Numbered from the stretch's first letter, positions 1 through 10,659 are shown. The stretch is DNA of 64,000 nucleotides from Spirochaetia bacterium (GCA_963662265.2 CAXXHA010000036.1:32001-96000); one strand, 5' to 3'. Made by a program: numbers and translations. The notes: generated by a model from the letters alone, not told the origin.

Positions 1-2
1 GG

Positions 3-3000
3 CAATGGGTAAAAGCAGGATTTTCCGGAAATGCTGCAGATGAAGTACCTGATTATGAGAACAGATCAATACAGGAAAAATGGTTATCAGTATTTGAATT
101 AAAAGATATTTATGCGGGGGAAAGCAGTGGTAATAAACCTGTTATATTCAGGGTGTTTATCCTGGTAACACTGTTTCTTCTGGCAATATTCCTGTTCCAG
201 GGATTTCTTAAAAAGAAAAGCAGCGAAAGTGTTAAATTCGATATAAGGCGGATGAGAATTACTACTCTTGTGATACTGGCTTTCTGTATGACATGTATTC
301 TTACAATAACAATATATTCAGTCAGAAATATCAGAAATAATGCTGTAGAAAAAGTGCATGATAATCTTGATGTTGTTCTGTCTACTGTAACTGAAGTTCT
401 TACAAGCTGGATTGACAAAAATCTTACCCAGGTCCGGATGGAAACCCAGAAAGAAGATTTTGTCTCTCGTGTAAGTAATATAACTGCTGTCCCGTCTGAC
501 AGGGAAACATTACTGAAAAGTGAAGAACTCAGGAATTTCCGGGATTATTTTTCACGGGAAAATCCGTATTCCTTTTCCGAAGGTTTTTTTATAATATCGG
601 ATGACGGGATTAATATTGCGTCACACGATGATGAAAGCATAGGCAGGGCCAATTTTGTATTTAAAAACCGTCCTGAACTTCTGGAACTCGCATTTCTCGG
701 AAAAAGCATGTTTATTCCCCCTGTTCTCAGAGAAGCAGATGGCTGGTCTCCCGGTTCATGCAGTCAATCCTGCCTGTTCTATGCTGTTCCTGTTTTAAAT
801 TCGGAAAACAATGTTATTGCTGTAATGATACAAAGAGAAGATCCTGAAAAGGATTTCGGAAGATTCTGCAGGATGGGAAGAATTGGAGAAAGCGGTGAAA
901 CCTATGCATTTGACAGAAATGGTTTTATGCTTACAAACAGCCGTTTTGATGATCAGCTTCTTTCAATAGGTTTGCTGAAAGAGGGATCAGTCAGCGCTCT
1001 GAATATACAGCTCAGGGATCCTGGTGTTAATCTGCTTGAGGGGGAAAACAGCCCTTTAAACAGAGATGATCAGCCGTTTACCTTAATGTTCAGACATGCT
1101 TCAAGCAGCGAATTCGGTTATAACATCGAGGGGTACCGCGATTACCGGGGAGTTGATGTTTTCGGTGCCTGGCGATGGTTTGATGAATATAATTTCGGTA
1201 TTGCATCGGAAATAGATATTACAGATGCTTTGAGTTCCTATTCCACGATACAGACTGCAATTTATATTATCATTGCAATAGCCTTTTTCCTTGCTTCGGG
1301 AACAACACTTTTCAGTATTCATACAGGCGAAAGGGCGAATAAGTCGCTCTCAGAGGCAAATGAAAATCTTGAAAAGAGAGTTGCTATGCGGACTGCAGAA
1401 CTTTCAGAAGCAAGAAACAAGACAGAGGCAATTCTTGAGGCTTCAACAAACGGAATAATCACTATTGACGAAAAAGGGATTATTGAAACTTTCAATCCGG
1501 CAGCAGAACATATTTTCGGCTACAGTAAAGATGAAGTTATAGGGCAGAATGTGAAAATCCTGATGCCTTTGGAGTATTCCGAAAAACATGACGGGTATCT
1601 CGGTAATTATATTGATACAGGAATAAAGATGGCTATAGGGCGAAGGTTTGAAAAAGAGGGACTGCGGAAATCCGGACAGCTGATACCTCTTGAAATAGGC
1701 ATTAATGAAGTACATCTTAAAGACAGGCGTCTTTTTACTGCAATTATGAATGATATTTCCGAGAGGAAAGCTTCTGAAGAAGCTCTTATAACGGCTAAAA
1801 GAAACAATGAATTTGCAGCAGAGACAGCAGGTCTTGCCTACTGGGAACAGGATTTAACAGAAAAAACATTTACTGTTAATGACAGTTTTTTCAAGCTTGC
1901 TGATACAAGTTATGTTAGGGAAGGCTGTTATGTTTATCCTGTCAATGAATTCCTTGACCAGTTTGTATATCATGGAGACCTTGACAAGGTTGTTGAAAAA
2001 TTTTTAGAAGCTGAAAAAACAACATCAGACATTGCAGATCAGTTTGAATACCGGCTGGTCCTCCGGAGCGGAGGATTCAGGTACGGGTATATGAAATATT
2101 TTGTGATTCATGACAGCCATGGAAATGCTGTTAAAATTACAGGAATACATCTTGATATTACAGAAAGAAAAAAAATAGAAATGGAGCTTGCAGAGGCAAA
2201 AGAAGCAGCTGAAGCAGCGGCAAAGATAAAGTCTGATTTTCTCGCAAATATGAGCCATGAAATAAGGACTCCTATGAATGCTATCATCGGGCTGTCCCAT
2301 CTTATAAGCAAAACAAGGCTTACGAAAAAGCAGGAAGATTATATCCATAAAATATTCGGCTCTGCCCACAATCTGCTTGGCATTATAAATGATATTCTGG
2401 ATTTTTCAAAAATAGAAGCTGGAAAGCTTGCTATGGAATCAGTTGATTTTGATCTTAATGAAGTTTTTGATAATCTTGGCAACATGATAGCGGGAAAGGC
2501 ATATGATAAGAAACTGGAGCTTGTATTTCATGTAAATACAGATGTTCCTGTGAAACTTGTCGGTGATCCTCTCCGCCTGGGGCAGGTGCTGCTGAACCTT
2601 GCAAATAATGCTGTCAAATTCACCGAAGCAGGTGAAATTGCTGTATCTGCTGAACTTGTGAATCTTGAAAACAATGAAGCTGAAATAAAATTCATAGTCC
2701 GTGATACAGGGATCGGACTCACAGAAGATCAGATGAACACCCTTTTTCAGGCTTTTTCCCAGGCAGATACTTCAACAACCAGAAAATACGGAGGGACCGG
2801 ACTGGGGCTTTCGATCAGTAAGAAGCTTTCTGAAATGATGGGCGGCCGTATCTGGGTTGAGAGTATATTCGGCGAAGGTTCAACATTTTATTTTACCGGA
2901 AAATATAAAGTCAGGCATGTTGAAACACATAAGATTTTTCCGGCAGGACTCCGCGGTCTTGATGTTCTGATTGCTGATGATAATTCCACCAGCCAGAAAG

Positions 3001-4409
3001 TTCTACTTGAATATTTGAAGGATTTTGAATTGAATCCTGTTGCGGTGGATAATGGCACAGAAGCTGTTCAGATAATCAGGAAGAGACTGGAAGATGGAGT
3101 TAAGGGGTTTGATCTTGTGCTTCTGGATTTCAGCATGCCTGGTCTTAATGGATTTCAGACAGCTGAAAAAATAAATGAAATACTGGGTAAGAATGAAAGG
3201 CCGAGATATATACTTGTAACAGGATTTGGCCGTGATGAAGTTATCAATGGTATTGAAAGATACGGGTTTGAAGGATTCCTTCTGAAACCGGTCAATCAGT
3301 CGCTCCTGTTCAATACAATTATGCAGGCTTTCGGCCGTGAAAGAAAAGATACAGGAAAAACAATAACAGAAAAATTTCCGAACGGCTTTGACAGCATCAG
3401 GGGCGCTGAAATACTTCTTGTAGAGGATAATGAAATCAATCAGCAGGTAGCAAGGGAGGTGCTTGAAAGGGAAGGTTTCTCTGTTGATGTTGCTGATAAT
3501 GGGGAGATTTCTCTTGAGATGCTGTCTGAAAAAAAATATGACCTGGTATTGATGGATCTGCAGATGCCTGTAATGGGGGGAGTCGAGGCAACAGGAGAGA
3601 TCAGGAAGAATGATGAATTTAAAGAACTCCCTGTTATTGCAATGACTGCAGATGCAATGTCAGGGGTCAGGGAAATGGTCCTTGAAAAAGGGATGAATGA
3701 CTATATTACAAAACCTATTGAGCCGTATTTTCTATGGAAAACAATGGTTAAATGGATTGTGCCGGGAGAAGGGAAATTTTCTGATATCAACAGAATGGAG
3801 AGACCTTCTGAGGAAGCAGGGGAAATTCCTGAAATTGATGGGCTTGATATCAATTCCGGATTAAACCGGATGTCCGGTAATTTCGAGCTTTATAAAAATC
3901 TTCTGATAAAGTTTTTCAGGGAATATACAGATTTAAGCATGATAATTTCTGAAGATGCGGAAAACGGCCGAACAGATGATGCTGTAAGGACTGCCCATTC
4001 TGTTAAGGGGGTGTCTGGTAATCTTGGCGCGACAAAGATCCAGGTTAAAATGGCTGATATCGAGAACAAGCTTAAAAACAGTAAAGATTACAGAGACGAT
4101 CTTTCTGAGGCTGAATCAATGATTCGTAATCTCGCTGAAAAGGCTGAAAAAGCAGGGCTTCTTGAAAACCAGGAGGAGCCTTCAGATAAAAGTATGGAGA
4201 TTTCCAGGGAAGAGCTTACTGCCAGGCTGACAATAGCTGTCGACTCTCTTTCAAGGAGAAAGCCCAGGACTGCTATTACTGTGCTTGAAGAGCTGGGAAA
4301 GTGTGATTTTGACAAAGAAACCGGGGAAAAACTATCTGAAGCAAGGACTCTTCTTGCAAGATACAGGATGAAAGAGGCTTCAGAGCTGCTCAGGGGTATA
4401 ATAGGCTAG
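3..4409 (+). CDS. Hybrid sensor histidine kinase/response regulator (periplasmic Cache-like, PAS x2, HisKA, HATPase, REC x2, Hpt); 5'-truncated by the window edge
   Basis: H-box FLANMSHEIRTPMNAI, G-box YGGTGLGLSI, two REC domains (LLDFSMP, LMDLQMP), Hpt AHSVKGVSGNLG. The frame is open from position 3 (QWVKAGF...SIQEKWL), so the true start lies left of the window. Confidence 0.93.
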   Translation, partial: QWVKAGFSGNAADEVPDYENRSIQEKWLSVFELKDIYAGESSGNKPVIFRVFILVTLFLLAIFLFQGFLKKKSSESVKFDIRRMRITTLVILAFCMTCILTITIYSVRNIRNNAVEKVHDNLDVVLSTVTEVLTSWIDKNLTQVRMETQKEDFVSRVSNITAVPSDRETLLKSEELRNFRDYFSRENPYSFSEGFFIISDDGINIASHDDESIGRANFVFKNRPELLELAFLGKSMFIPPVLREADGWSPGSCSQSCLFYAVPVLNSENNVIAVMIQREDPEKDFGRFCRMGRIGESGETYAFDRNGFMLTNSRFDDQLLSIGLLKEGSVSALNIQLRDPGVNLLEGENSPLNRDDQPFTLMFRHASSSEFGYNIEGYRDYRGVDVFGAWRWFDEYNFGIASEIDITDALSSYSTIQTAIYIIIAIAFFLASGTTLFSIHTGERANKSLSEANENLEKRVAMRTAELSEARNKTEAILEASTNGIITIDEKGIIETFNPAAEHIFGYSKDEVIGQNVKILMPLEYSEKHDGYLGNYIDTGIKMAIGRRFEKEGLRKSGQLIPLEIGINEVHLKDRRLFTAIMNDISERKASEEALITAKRNNEFAAETAGLAYWEQDLTEKTFTVNDSFFKLADTSYVREGCYVYPVNEFLDQFVYHGDLDKVVEKFLEAEKTTSDIADQFEYRLVLRSGGFRYGYMKYFVIHDSHGNAVKITGIHLDITERKKIEMELAEAKEAAEAAAKIKSDFLANMSHEIRTPMNAIIGLSHLISKTRLTKKQEDYIHKIFGSAHNLLGIINDILDFSKIEAGKLAMESVDFDLNEVFDNLGNMIAGKAYDKKLELVFHVNTDVPVKLVGDPLRLGQVLLNLANNAVKFTEAGEIAVSAELVNLENNEAEIKFIVRDTGIGLTEDQMNTLFQAFSQADTSTTRKYGGTGLGLSISKKLSEMMGGRIWVESIFGEGSTFYFTGKYKVRHVETHKIFPAGLRGLDVLIADDNSTSQKVLLEYLKDFELNPVAVDNGTEAVQIIRKRLEDGVKGFDLVLLDFSMPGLNGFQTAEKINEILGKNERPRYILVTGFGRDEVINGIERYGFEGFLLKPVNQSLLFNTIMQAFGRERKDTGKTITEKFPNGFDSIRGAEILLVEDNEINQQVAREVLEREGFSVDVADNGEISLEMLSEKKYDLVLMDLQMPVMGGVEATGEIRKNDEFKELPVIAMTADAMSGVREMVLEKGMNDYITKPIEPYFLWKTMVKWIVPGEGKFSDINRMERPSEEAGEIPEIDGLDINSGLNRMSGNFELYKNLLIKFFREYTDLSMIISEDAENGRTDDAVRTAHSVKGVSGNLGATKIQVKMADIENKLKNSKDYRDDLSEAESMIRNLAEKAEKAGLLENQEEPSDKSMEISREELTARLTIAVDSLSRRKPRTAITVLEELGKCDFDKETGEKLSEARTLLARYRMKEASELLRGIIG

Positions 4410-4470
4410 AGAAACTGGTATTAAAATACAATAAAAATCGGGGAAGCAGTTGATCCAGAAAGGATGAATT

Positions 4471-4821
4471 ATGATTTTAATAGTAGATGATACACCTTCT
4501 AATATTGATATTGTCATGGAAATAATAGGTGAAATTGATGATGTTGCTGTTGCTCTTGACGGAGAAGAAGCACTAGAAATTATCAAAGAGGATATTCCCG
4601 ATATTGTTCTTCTTGATATTGTAATGCCTGGAATAGATGGTTTTGAAGTATGCAGAAGAATTAAGGGAAATCCTGATACGGAAAAAATAGCTGTAATATT
4701 TCTTTCGGGAGATGGGGCTGAAGAGGAGAAGTCAAAAGCCGGAGAAATTGGAGCCTCCGGTTTTCTTGAAAAGCCGATTGATCCTGAAAAACTGCTTGCA
4801 GCAGTAAAAGCTTTTATATGA
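4471..4821 (+). CDS. Single-domain response regulator (CheY-like receiver)
   Basis: ILIVDD, LLDIVMP, FLEKP motifs; AGGA RBS upstream. Confidence 0.9.
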   Translation: MILIVDDTPSNIDIVMEIIGEIDDVAVALDGEEALEIIKEDIPDIVLLDIVMPGIDGFEVCRRIKGNPDTEKIAVIFLSGDGAEEEKSKAGEIGASGFLEKPIDPEKLLAAVKAFI

Positions 4822-4896
4822 AAAGAATATTGAGAAGAGATGCCTGATATGTTTTCCAGCTGAGAGTGGAATTCATATATAATTACCATATCATTC

Positions 4897-4925
4897 TTGA
4901 CTTCTGAAAATCATAATCCTATCCT
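4897..4925 (+). promoter_or_regulatory. Putative sigma70 promoter for the PhnD-like/GGDEF-EAL operon
   Basis: TTGACT-N17-TATCCT, 38 nt upstream of the ATG at 4964. Confidence 0.45.
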
Positions 4926-4963
4926 TAAATTTAACTGTAAAATAATTAAAAAAGGGTTGTTGA

Positions 4964-5923
4964 ATGCCGGTTCTGTTTAAATCTAAATACTGCATTATTT
5001 GTCTTCTAGTAATTCTCACCTGTACTGTGCTGCTTTCAGGATGTTTTTCAGAATCCGGAAAAAAAGAAGCGGAAAAAGATGCCGGGTTAAACAGCCCGGT
5101 TTATTCTGATTCCGTAAGCGGCAAAAAACTTGTGATAGGTGATGTTTCAGATGAGCCTACTAAAAAAATAAGAAGGTATCAGCCTTTTGCTGAATATATT
5201 GTTTCAGAAGACAGAATTCCCGGATACGGCATCGGAGAAGTATATGTAACAGATTCACTGGAAAAAATGACAGAGGAATTTGAAAAAGGCAATGTCCACA
5301 TAATTATTGAGGGAGCTTACAATGCCCTGAAAATAGCTGATAAGGCAGGGGCCTGCCGGATACTTCTGAACAACAAGGAGGGGCTGATATTTTTCAAAAG
5401 TTATTTTATAGCACTCAAAGATTCTCCCTGCAGCAGCCTTGAAGATCTGGGCGGTAAAACACTGGCTCTTGAAGATACCGAGTCCACATCAGGTTATTTC
5501 CTGCCGATTCTTGAACTTCAGAAAAACAATTTCAATGTTTCCGGTTTGAACGGAAATAATGAATATCTCAAGACAGTACTATCAGGCGAGGATGAAATAA
5601 TTATTCAGGATCTTTTTGACATGAGGGCGGATGCCGGGGTGTATTCTGAATATGATTTCGAAGAACTTAATAAAAATGTCAGGGAAAAGCTTAAAGTCAT
5701 ACATGTTACAGAAGCGCTTCCGCGGAGTCTTCTTATTCTTTCCCCTGCATTGAGTAAATCCGACTGTGAAAGGATTTCTGATACCTTACTTGAGTTGAGT
5801 AATTCTGAACAGGGAAAATCCATGCTTGAACATATCAACTCTGATGGTTTTTATTCTGTCAGGGATTTCAGCATTGCGGAAAATAATCTTGATTTATTAA
5901 TGGAAAAAGCCGGTGAAATATGA
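4964..5923 (+). CDS. PhnD/Phosphonate-bd-like substrate-binding lipoprotein (no cognate ABC genes)
   Basis: Lipobox LLSGC; motif LEDLGGKTLALEDTESTSGYFLP typical of the PhnD/PtxB fold. Confidence 0.8.
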   Translation: MPVLFKSKYCIICLLVILTCTVLLSGCFSESGKKEAEKDAGLNSPVYSDSVSGKKLVIGDVSDEPTKKIRRYQPFAEYIVSEDRIPGYGIGEVYVTDSLEKMTEEFEKGNVHIIIEGAYNALKIADKAGACRILLNNKEGLIFFKSYFIALKDSPCSSLEDLGGKTLALEDTESTSGYFLPILELQKNNFNVSGLNGNNEYLKTVLSGEDEIIIQDLFDMRADAGVYSEYDFEELNKNVREKLKVIHVTEALPRSLLILSPALSKSDCERISDTLLELSNSEQGKSMLEHINSDGFYSVRDFSIAENNLDLLMEKAGEI

Positions 5924-8348
5924 ATTAAGAAAATGGATAAGCAATAAATACAACTCATTCCAGTACAGGGTACTGATGATCTTTTTTTCTGTACTGATGC
6001 CTGTCATGATGGTGATATTTATAATTACTGCCGCAAACGAGGTGAGTTTTTACAACAATTATATCAATGAGACAGGGCATTTTTTTGCAGATGTAATAGA
6101 AAACAGTATCAGCGACAGCCTCTATTTCAAGGAATATTTCAGGATAGGGGATATTTTTGACAAAACAGTTATGAATTCGGACTACACATCCTGCAGAATT
6201 TACGACAGAAGAGGTATTCTTATTGCCAACAGCAATAATGATATTTCTGAATTTAATTTTGCTCCGGAACAGGAAGGGCTTGATGTTTTAAACAGTTCTG
6301 AAAATTATGTAACGGAAAATTCTGACAATTATATATTCTCAAGGAAAGTTGTTCTCGGAAACCAGGTCCTGGGGGCGATTGTTATTGATTTTTCCCGGAA
6401 GCATATAAACAGCGGAATCAGAAAGATTCTGTCAGTACTTTTAATTGCAGATATTATTATTTTTATTGCAGGGACTCTTCTGTTTTCCAGGTTTGCAAAA
6501 AGCATAAGCAGACCTATCATGAAGCTTTCAGAAGCTGTCCGGTCCTATAGAAACAGGAATTTTGATCTTGAGTTTGAATATAACGGAATCAGCGAGATTG
6601 GCGATTTTTCCAGAGCTCTCAGGGATATGGCGGCTGAACTGAAAGGGAATTTCATCGAACTTAAAAAAAGCGATGAGAGGTTTAATCTTGCTGTCTCAGG
6701 TGCAAATACCGGTATATGGGATTACCAGCCGGAAACAGGGCAGCTTTATATGTCTCCCAGGATGAAGGAAATATTTTTTATTTCCCCGGATACAGAACTT
6801 GAGTCTATAGATGAATGGTTTGAAAGAATTATAGAATTTGACAGGGATAAAATTAAAAAAGCCTTTAATGATTACATCTCAGGGGAAACTGATGAATTTA
6901 AAACTGATTACAGGATAAAGGATCTAGACGGGGGATTTAAATGGGTTTCAACTACAGGGAAAGGTCTGTTTGATGATAAAAATGTATGCACAAGGATTGC
7001 AGGATCCCTTACAGATATAAGCAGCCAGAAAGAATCGGAAGAGGAACTTATAAAGGCTGCCCTTTACGATCCCCTCACCAAACTTCCCAACAGGGCACTC
7101 CTTCTGGAGCGGCTTAAAAATGCTGTTGATATTAATAAAAGAAACCATGACTGGCATTTTGCCCTCCTCTATCTTGATTATGACGGTTTTAAAGGGGTAA
7201 ACGATACATACGGGCATGTGGTAGGGGATCTTCTTCTTAAATCAATAGCGGAAAGACTTCTTGACTGTGTGCGGGACCAGGATCTTGTCTGCAGGATAGG
7301 GGGGGATGAATTTGTTATTCTCCTTGAAGACTGCGACTGCTGGAAGGATGTTGTTGAACGTGTTCAGCATGTATCGGAGAGTGAATTTGTAGTAAACAAT
7401 TATTCAATATTTCTGTCTGCAAGCATCGGGGTTGCTTCCGATGATGTTGATTTTCTGACAATAGAGGATCTTGTTCAATACAGCGATGTTGCAATGTACA
7501 AGGCGAAAAAAGAGAAGAAAGGTTCATATACAGTATACAGGAAAGACATGCATCTTCAGATCCGCAACAAGTGGCAGCTGGAATATGAACTGCATAAGGC
7601 TCCGGGAAATAATGAACTTTACCTTGTCTATCAGCCGATTGTTGAAATGTATGACAGGAGAATAGGGGAGTGTGAATCTCTGCTCCGCTGGAACCATTCT
7701 TCAAAGGGATTTGTATCTCCTTCCGATTTTCTTCCTCTTGCCGAAGATTCAGGTTTTATAACTTCAATAACAGACTGGGTACTTGATGAGCTTACAAATA
7801 TGCTGAGTAAGGCTGAATATTTTGATACCGGAATAAGGTTTGCCGTCAATATCTCTTCAAAGGATTTTATTGAAAATCCTGATATTTACAGCCGGCTGGA
7901 AAGATTTATAAAGCATTTCCCCTCTCTTTCGAAGCGGCTTGATATTGAGGTTACAGAAACTTCACTCATGAGTAATTTTGAAAAATGCAAGAGACAGCTT
8001 CACGGGATACGGGAGCTGGGTATCAGGGTAAAGCTTGATGATTTCGGGACAGGTTTTTCTTCAATGAGCTATCTTCATAATTTCCCCCTGGACAGCATAA
8101 AAATCGACAGATCGTTTATCATGACTCTTCCTGAAGATAAGGATAACCTGAGTATTCTCCGCCACCTGATAAACCTGTCGCATGATCTCGGGTATAATGT
8201 AATTGCGGAAGGTGTTGAAACTGATGATCAGCACGAAATACTTAAAGATCTCGGATGTGATAAGGGGCAGGGATTTTTATATTCACGGCCTGTTAATTTT
8301 TCAAGGTTTAGGCAGCTCCTGTCAGGAGTGAACCAGAAAGCAATCTGA
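5913..8348 (+). CDS. Membrane sensor HAMP-PAS-GGDEF-EAL (diguanylate cyclase/phosphodiesterase)
   Basis: Two TM helices, HAMP, PAS, DPLTKLPNR, RIGGDEF, ESLLRW, DDFGTGFSS, AEGVET. Confidence 0.92.
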   Translation: MKYELRKWISNKYNSFQYRVLMIFFSVLMPVMMVIFIITAANEVSFYNNYINETGHFFADVIENSISDSLYFKEYFRIGDIFDKTVMNSDYTSCRIYDRRGILIANSNNDISEFNFAPEQEGLDVLNSSENYVTENSDNYIFSRKVVLGNQVLGAIVIDFSRKHINSGIRKILSVLLIADIIIFIAGTLLFSRFAKSISRPIMKLSEAVRSYRNRNFDLEFEYNGISEIGDFSRALRDMAAELKGNFIELKKSDERFNLAVSGANTGIWDYQPETGQLYMSPRMKEIFFISPDTELESIDEWFERIIEFDRDKIKKAFNDYISGETDEFKTDYRIKDLDGGFKWVSTTGKGLFDDKNVCTRIAGSLTDISSQKESEEELIKAALYDPLTKLPNRALLLERLKNAVDINKRNHDWHFALLYLDYDGFKGVNDTYGHVVGDLLLKSIAERLLDCVRDQDLVCRIGGDEFVILLEDCDCWKDVVERVQHVSESEFVVNNYSIFLSASIGVASDDVDFLTIEDLVQYSDVAMYKAKKEKKGSYTVYRKDMHLQIRNKWQLEYELHKAPGNNELYLVYQPIVEMYDRRIGECESLLRWNHSSKGFVSPSDFLPLAEDSGFITSITDWVLDELTNMLSKAEYFDTGIRFAVNISSKDFIENPDIYSRLERFIKHFPSLSKRLDIEVTETSLMSNFEKCKRQLHGIRELGIRVKLDDFGTGFSSMSYLHNFPLDSIKIDRSFIMTLPEDKDNLSILRHLINLSHDLGYNVIAEGVETDDQHEILKDLGCDKGQGFLYSRPVNFSRFRQLLSGVNQKAI

Positions 8349-8501
8349 AAACATGTTGTACACGGGACACTGGTAATACTTTAATCTCTTGTAAGCGGCA
8401 ATACTTTCAAATCACAGATGAAAAAACTCTGCCTGTATCTGTGTGAAAATAATACTGGCCAAAAGTAGATTCCGGAAAACTGCCTGAAAACAATTAACTG
8501 A

Positions 8502-8530
8502 TTGCGTTTTTATTCTCCCCCCTATATTAT
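8502..8530 (+). promoter_or_regulatory. Putative sigma70 promoter (leaderless arrangement) for the MFS gene
   Basis: TTGCGT-N17-TATTAT ends 7 nt before ATG 8538; no Shine-Dalgarno present. Confidence 0.5.
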
Positions 8531-8537
8531 TCAAACT

Positions 8538-9890
8538 ATGAAAAAACTACCGGTATATATTCAGATCCTCTACGGTGTAGGGGTAAGCTATGCAATATTT
8601 GATCAGATATTTGCCCAGTGGGTACTTACTTATTATCTTCCGCCTGAGAATTTCAGCTTTAAGCCTTTTCTTTCTCCCGGCTTCATTGCGCTTGCCCTTG
8701 TGATATCCCGGTTTGTAGATATGGTTGCAGATCCTCTTGTGGGATTCTGGTCAGACAGGGTGAATACAAGATGGGGACGGAGGATTCCTTTTGTTTTCCT
8801 GGGTACTGTGCCTCTTGCCCTGTCCACAATAGCGTTTTTTTATCCTGTAAAAGGGGGCGGTTTCGAGACTTTTGCCAATCTCTCGATAGTGGGAAGCCTT
8901 TTCTTCATCTTTTATACAATTGTAGGCGCTCCCTACAATGCTCTTATCCCCGAGCTTTCAAAGACTTCAGACGACAGGCTTAACCTGTCGACCTGGCAGG
9001 CAGTTTTCCGCCTTGTCTATACAGCTGTTGCAATGATACTTCCGGGAATAATGATTTCACTCCTTGGCGGCGGTGATGATGAGAAGGGCCTCCGTCTAAT
9101 GGTTATATTCCTTTCTGCGTTTGCAGTGATAGGTCTTTTCATAACCTCTTTTACAATAAACGAGAGAAAGTATTCAGGCGGAAAAATATCTGATGCGGAT
9201 TTCAGGAGTTCCATCAGGCTTGTTTTTCATGACAGGGCATTCCTTTATTATCTCGGGGGACTTCTTTTCTTCTTTGTTGGATTCAATATTATGAGAGGTT
9301 CAATCAACTACTATGTGACAGATGTGATGAAGATGGGGAGTTCAGGTATTACAACAGCATCTGCCCTCCTTTTCGGAGTATCTGCCCTCTTTTTCTATCC
9401 TGTCAACAGGCTGTCAAGAATAGCCGGCTATAGAAAACTGATGCTTGCATCCCTCTTTCTCCTGGTTCTTTTTTCAATCATGCTCTACCAGACCGGTAAA
9501 ATTTTCCCCACTTCATTCGGGTTTATTGTTTTCGCGCTTTTCGGCATTCCGGTTGCCGGAGCTGCCTTTATTTTCCCCCCCGCAATGCTTAGCGAGATAA
9601 GCAGCCGTGTTTCAGATAAGAGCGGGGAGCAGATTGAGGGGATCTTTTTCGGAATACAGGGATTTTTCCTCAAGATGGCTTTTCTTATTTCAATAGCAAT
9701 TCTGCCCATAATACTGGTTTCAGGAAACGGGACCTCTTTTACAGATATGCTTACCTCTGTGCCTGAAAAGCCTGAACTTGAAGGAATATACAGAACAACT
9801 GTTTATTCTGTGCTGTTTTTTTCATTATCGTTTATATTTTATTATATATACCCTGAACGTGTTTCCCCGGATAAGATTGAACAGGAATAG
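8538..9890 (+). CDS. MFS transporter, glycoside-pentoside-hexuronide (MelB/MFS_2) family
   Basis: DPLVGFWSDRVNTRWGRRIPF and APYNALIPEL motifs, about 12 TM; start revised to ATG 8538. Confidence 0.88.
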   Translation: MKKLPVYIQILYGVGVSYAIFDQIFAQWVLTYYLPPENFSFKPFLSPGFIALALVISRFVDMVADPLVGFWSDRVNTRWGRRIPFVFLGTVPLALSTIAFFYPVKGGGFETFANLSIVGSLFFIFYTIVGAPYNALIPELSKTSDDRLNLSTWQAVFRLVYTAVAMILPGIMISLLGGGDDEKGLRLMVIFLSAFAVIGLFITSFTINERKYSGGKISDADFRSSIRLVFHDRAFLYYLGGLLFFFVGFNIMRGSINYYVTDVMKMGSSGITTASALLFGVSALFFYPVNRLSRIAGYRKLMLASLFLLVLFSIMLYQTGKIFPTSFGFIVFALFGIPVAGAAFIFPPAMLSEISSRVSDKSGEQIEGIFFGIQGFFLKMAFLISIAILPIILVSGNGTSFTDMLTSVPEKPELEGIYRTTVYSVLFFSLSFIFYYIYPERVSPDKIEQE

Positions 9891-10068
9891 GCTCCTGTGA
9901 GATAATAACCTGCTGTATTATGAAAACAGTTTTTATATAGCCCTTTCGGTGACAGGCGTCTTGCGGGGCGGCATCTGATTTACATGTTCCTGCCTGGTGG
10001 GAAAAAAAGCAAAAGCGGGTTTTAGTGATGCCTGTAGACAATTACTGACAGAGAATGGAGAAGTAGAA

Positions 10069-10626
10069 ATGGAAAATAAAGAAAAAAGCAGTCTCAATAA
10101 CCAGGCTGCATTATATACGCTTGAAGGGAAATATCAGAAAGCATCTGATATATTTGAATCAATACTTTCAACAGATCCTGATGATACAGCAGTACTCTTT
10201 AATTATGGTTTTAATTTTCTTCAGTGGGAAAAAGGGAAAAAAGCTGTTGAAGTCTTTGAAAAAATAATTATTCTGGCAGAGAAAGCGTTTGAAAACAATC
10301 ACATGACTAATCTTCATGCTTCTGTGGTTGAGGACTGCGGGACAGCATGCTATGATGCAGGTCTTTATAAAGAGGCAGAAAAATATTTCATGATTGCAGA
10401 AGCAGCTGATCCTGAAAACAGCATACTGATGAATCACATGGGTGTGCTTTTTTTTGTAACAGAACGGATCGGGGAAGCTGAAAAATATTTTGAAAAAGCT
10501 GTGAAATATGATGATGAGAATATAGATGCCTGGTTTAACCTTGCAGATACTTACGAGGTACTTGGAAAAGCAGAGGATAGCGAAGAAGCCAGGAAAAAGT
10601 TTCTTGAGCTTGAAAACAGGGACTAG
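10069..10626 (+). CDS. Tetratricopeptide repeat protein
   Basis: Repeated A..YF.KA...D/DAWFNLA helix pairs; GGAG RBS precedes ATG 10069. Confidence 0.8.
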   Translation: MENKEKSSLNNQAALYTLEGKYQKASDIFESILSTDPDDTAVLFNYGFNFLQWEKGKKAVEVFEKIIILAEKAFENNHMTNLHASVVEDCGTACYDAGLYKEAEKYFMIAEAADPENSILMNHMGVLFFVTERIGEAEKYFEKAVKYDDENIDAWFNLADTYEVLGKAEDSEEARKKFLELENRD

Positions 10627-10659
10627 AAAGTCCCTGCCGGATACTGTTGTCTGTAATTG

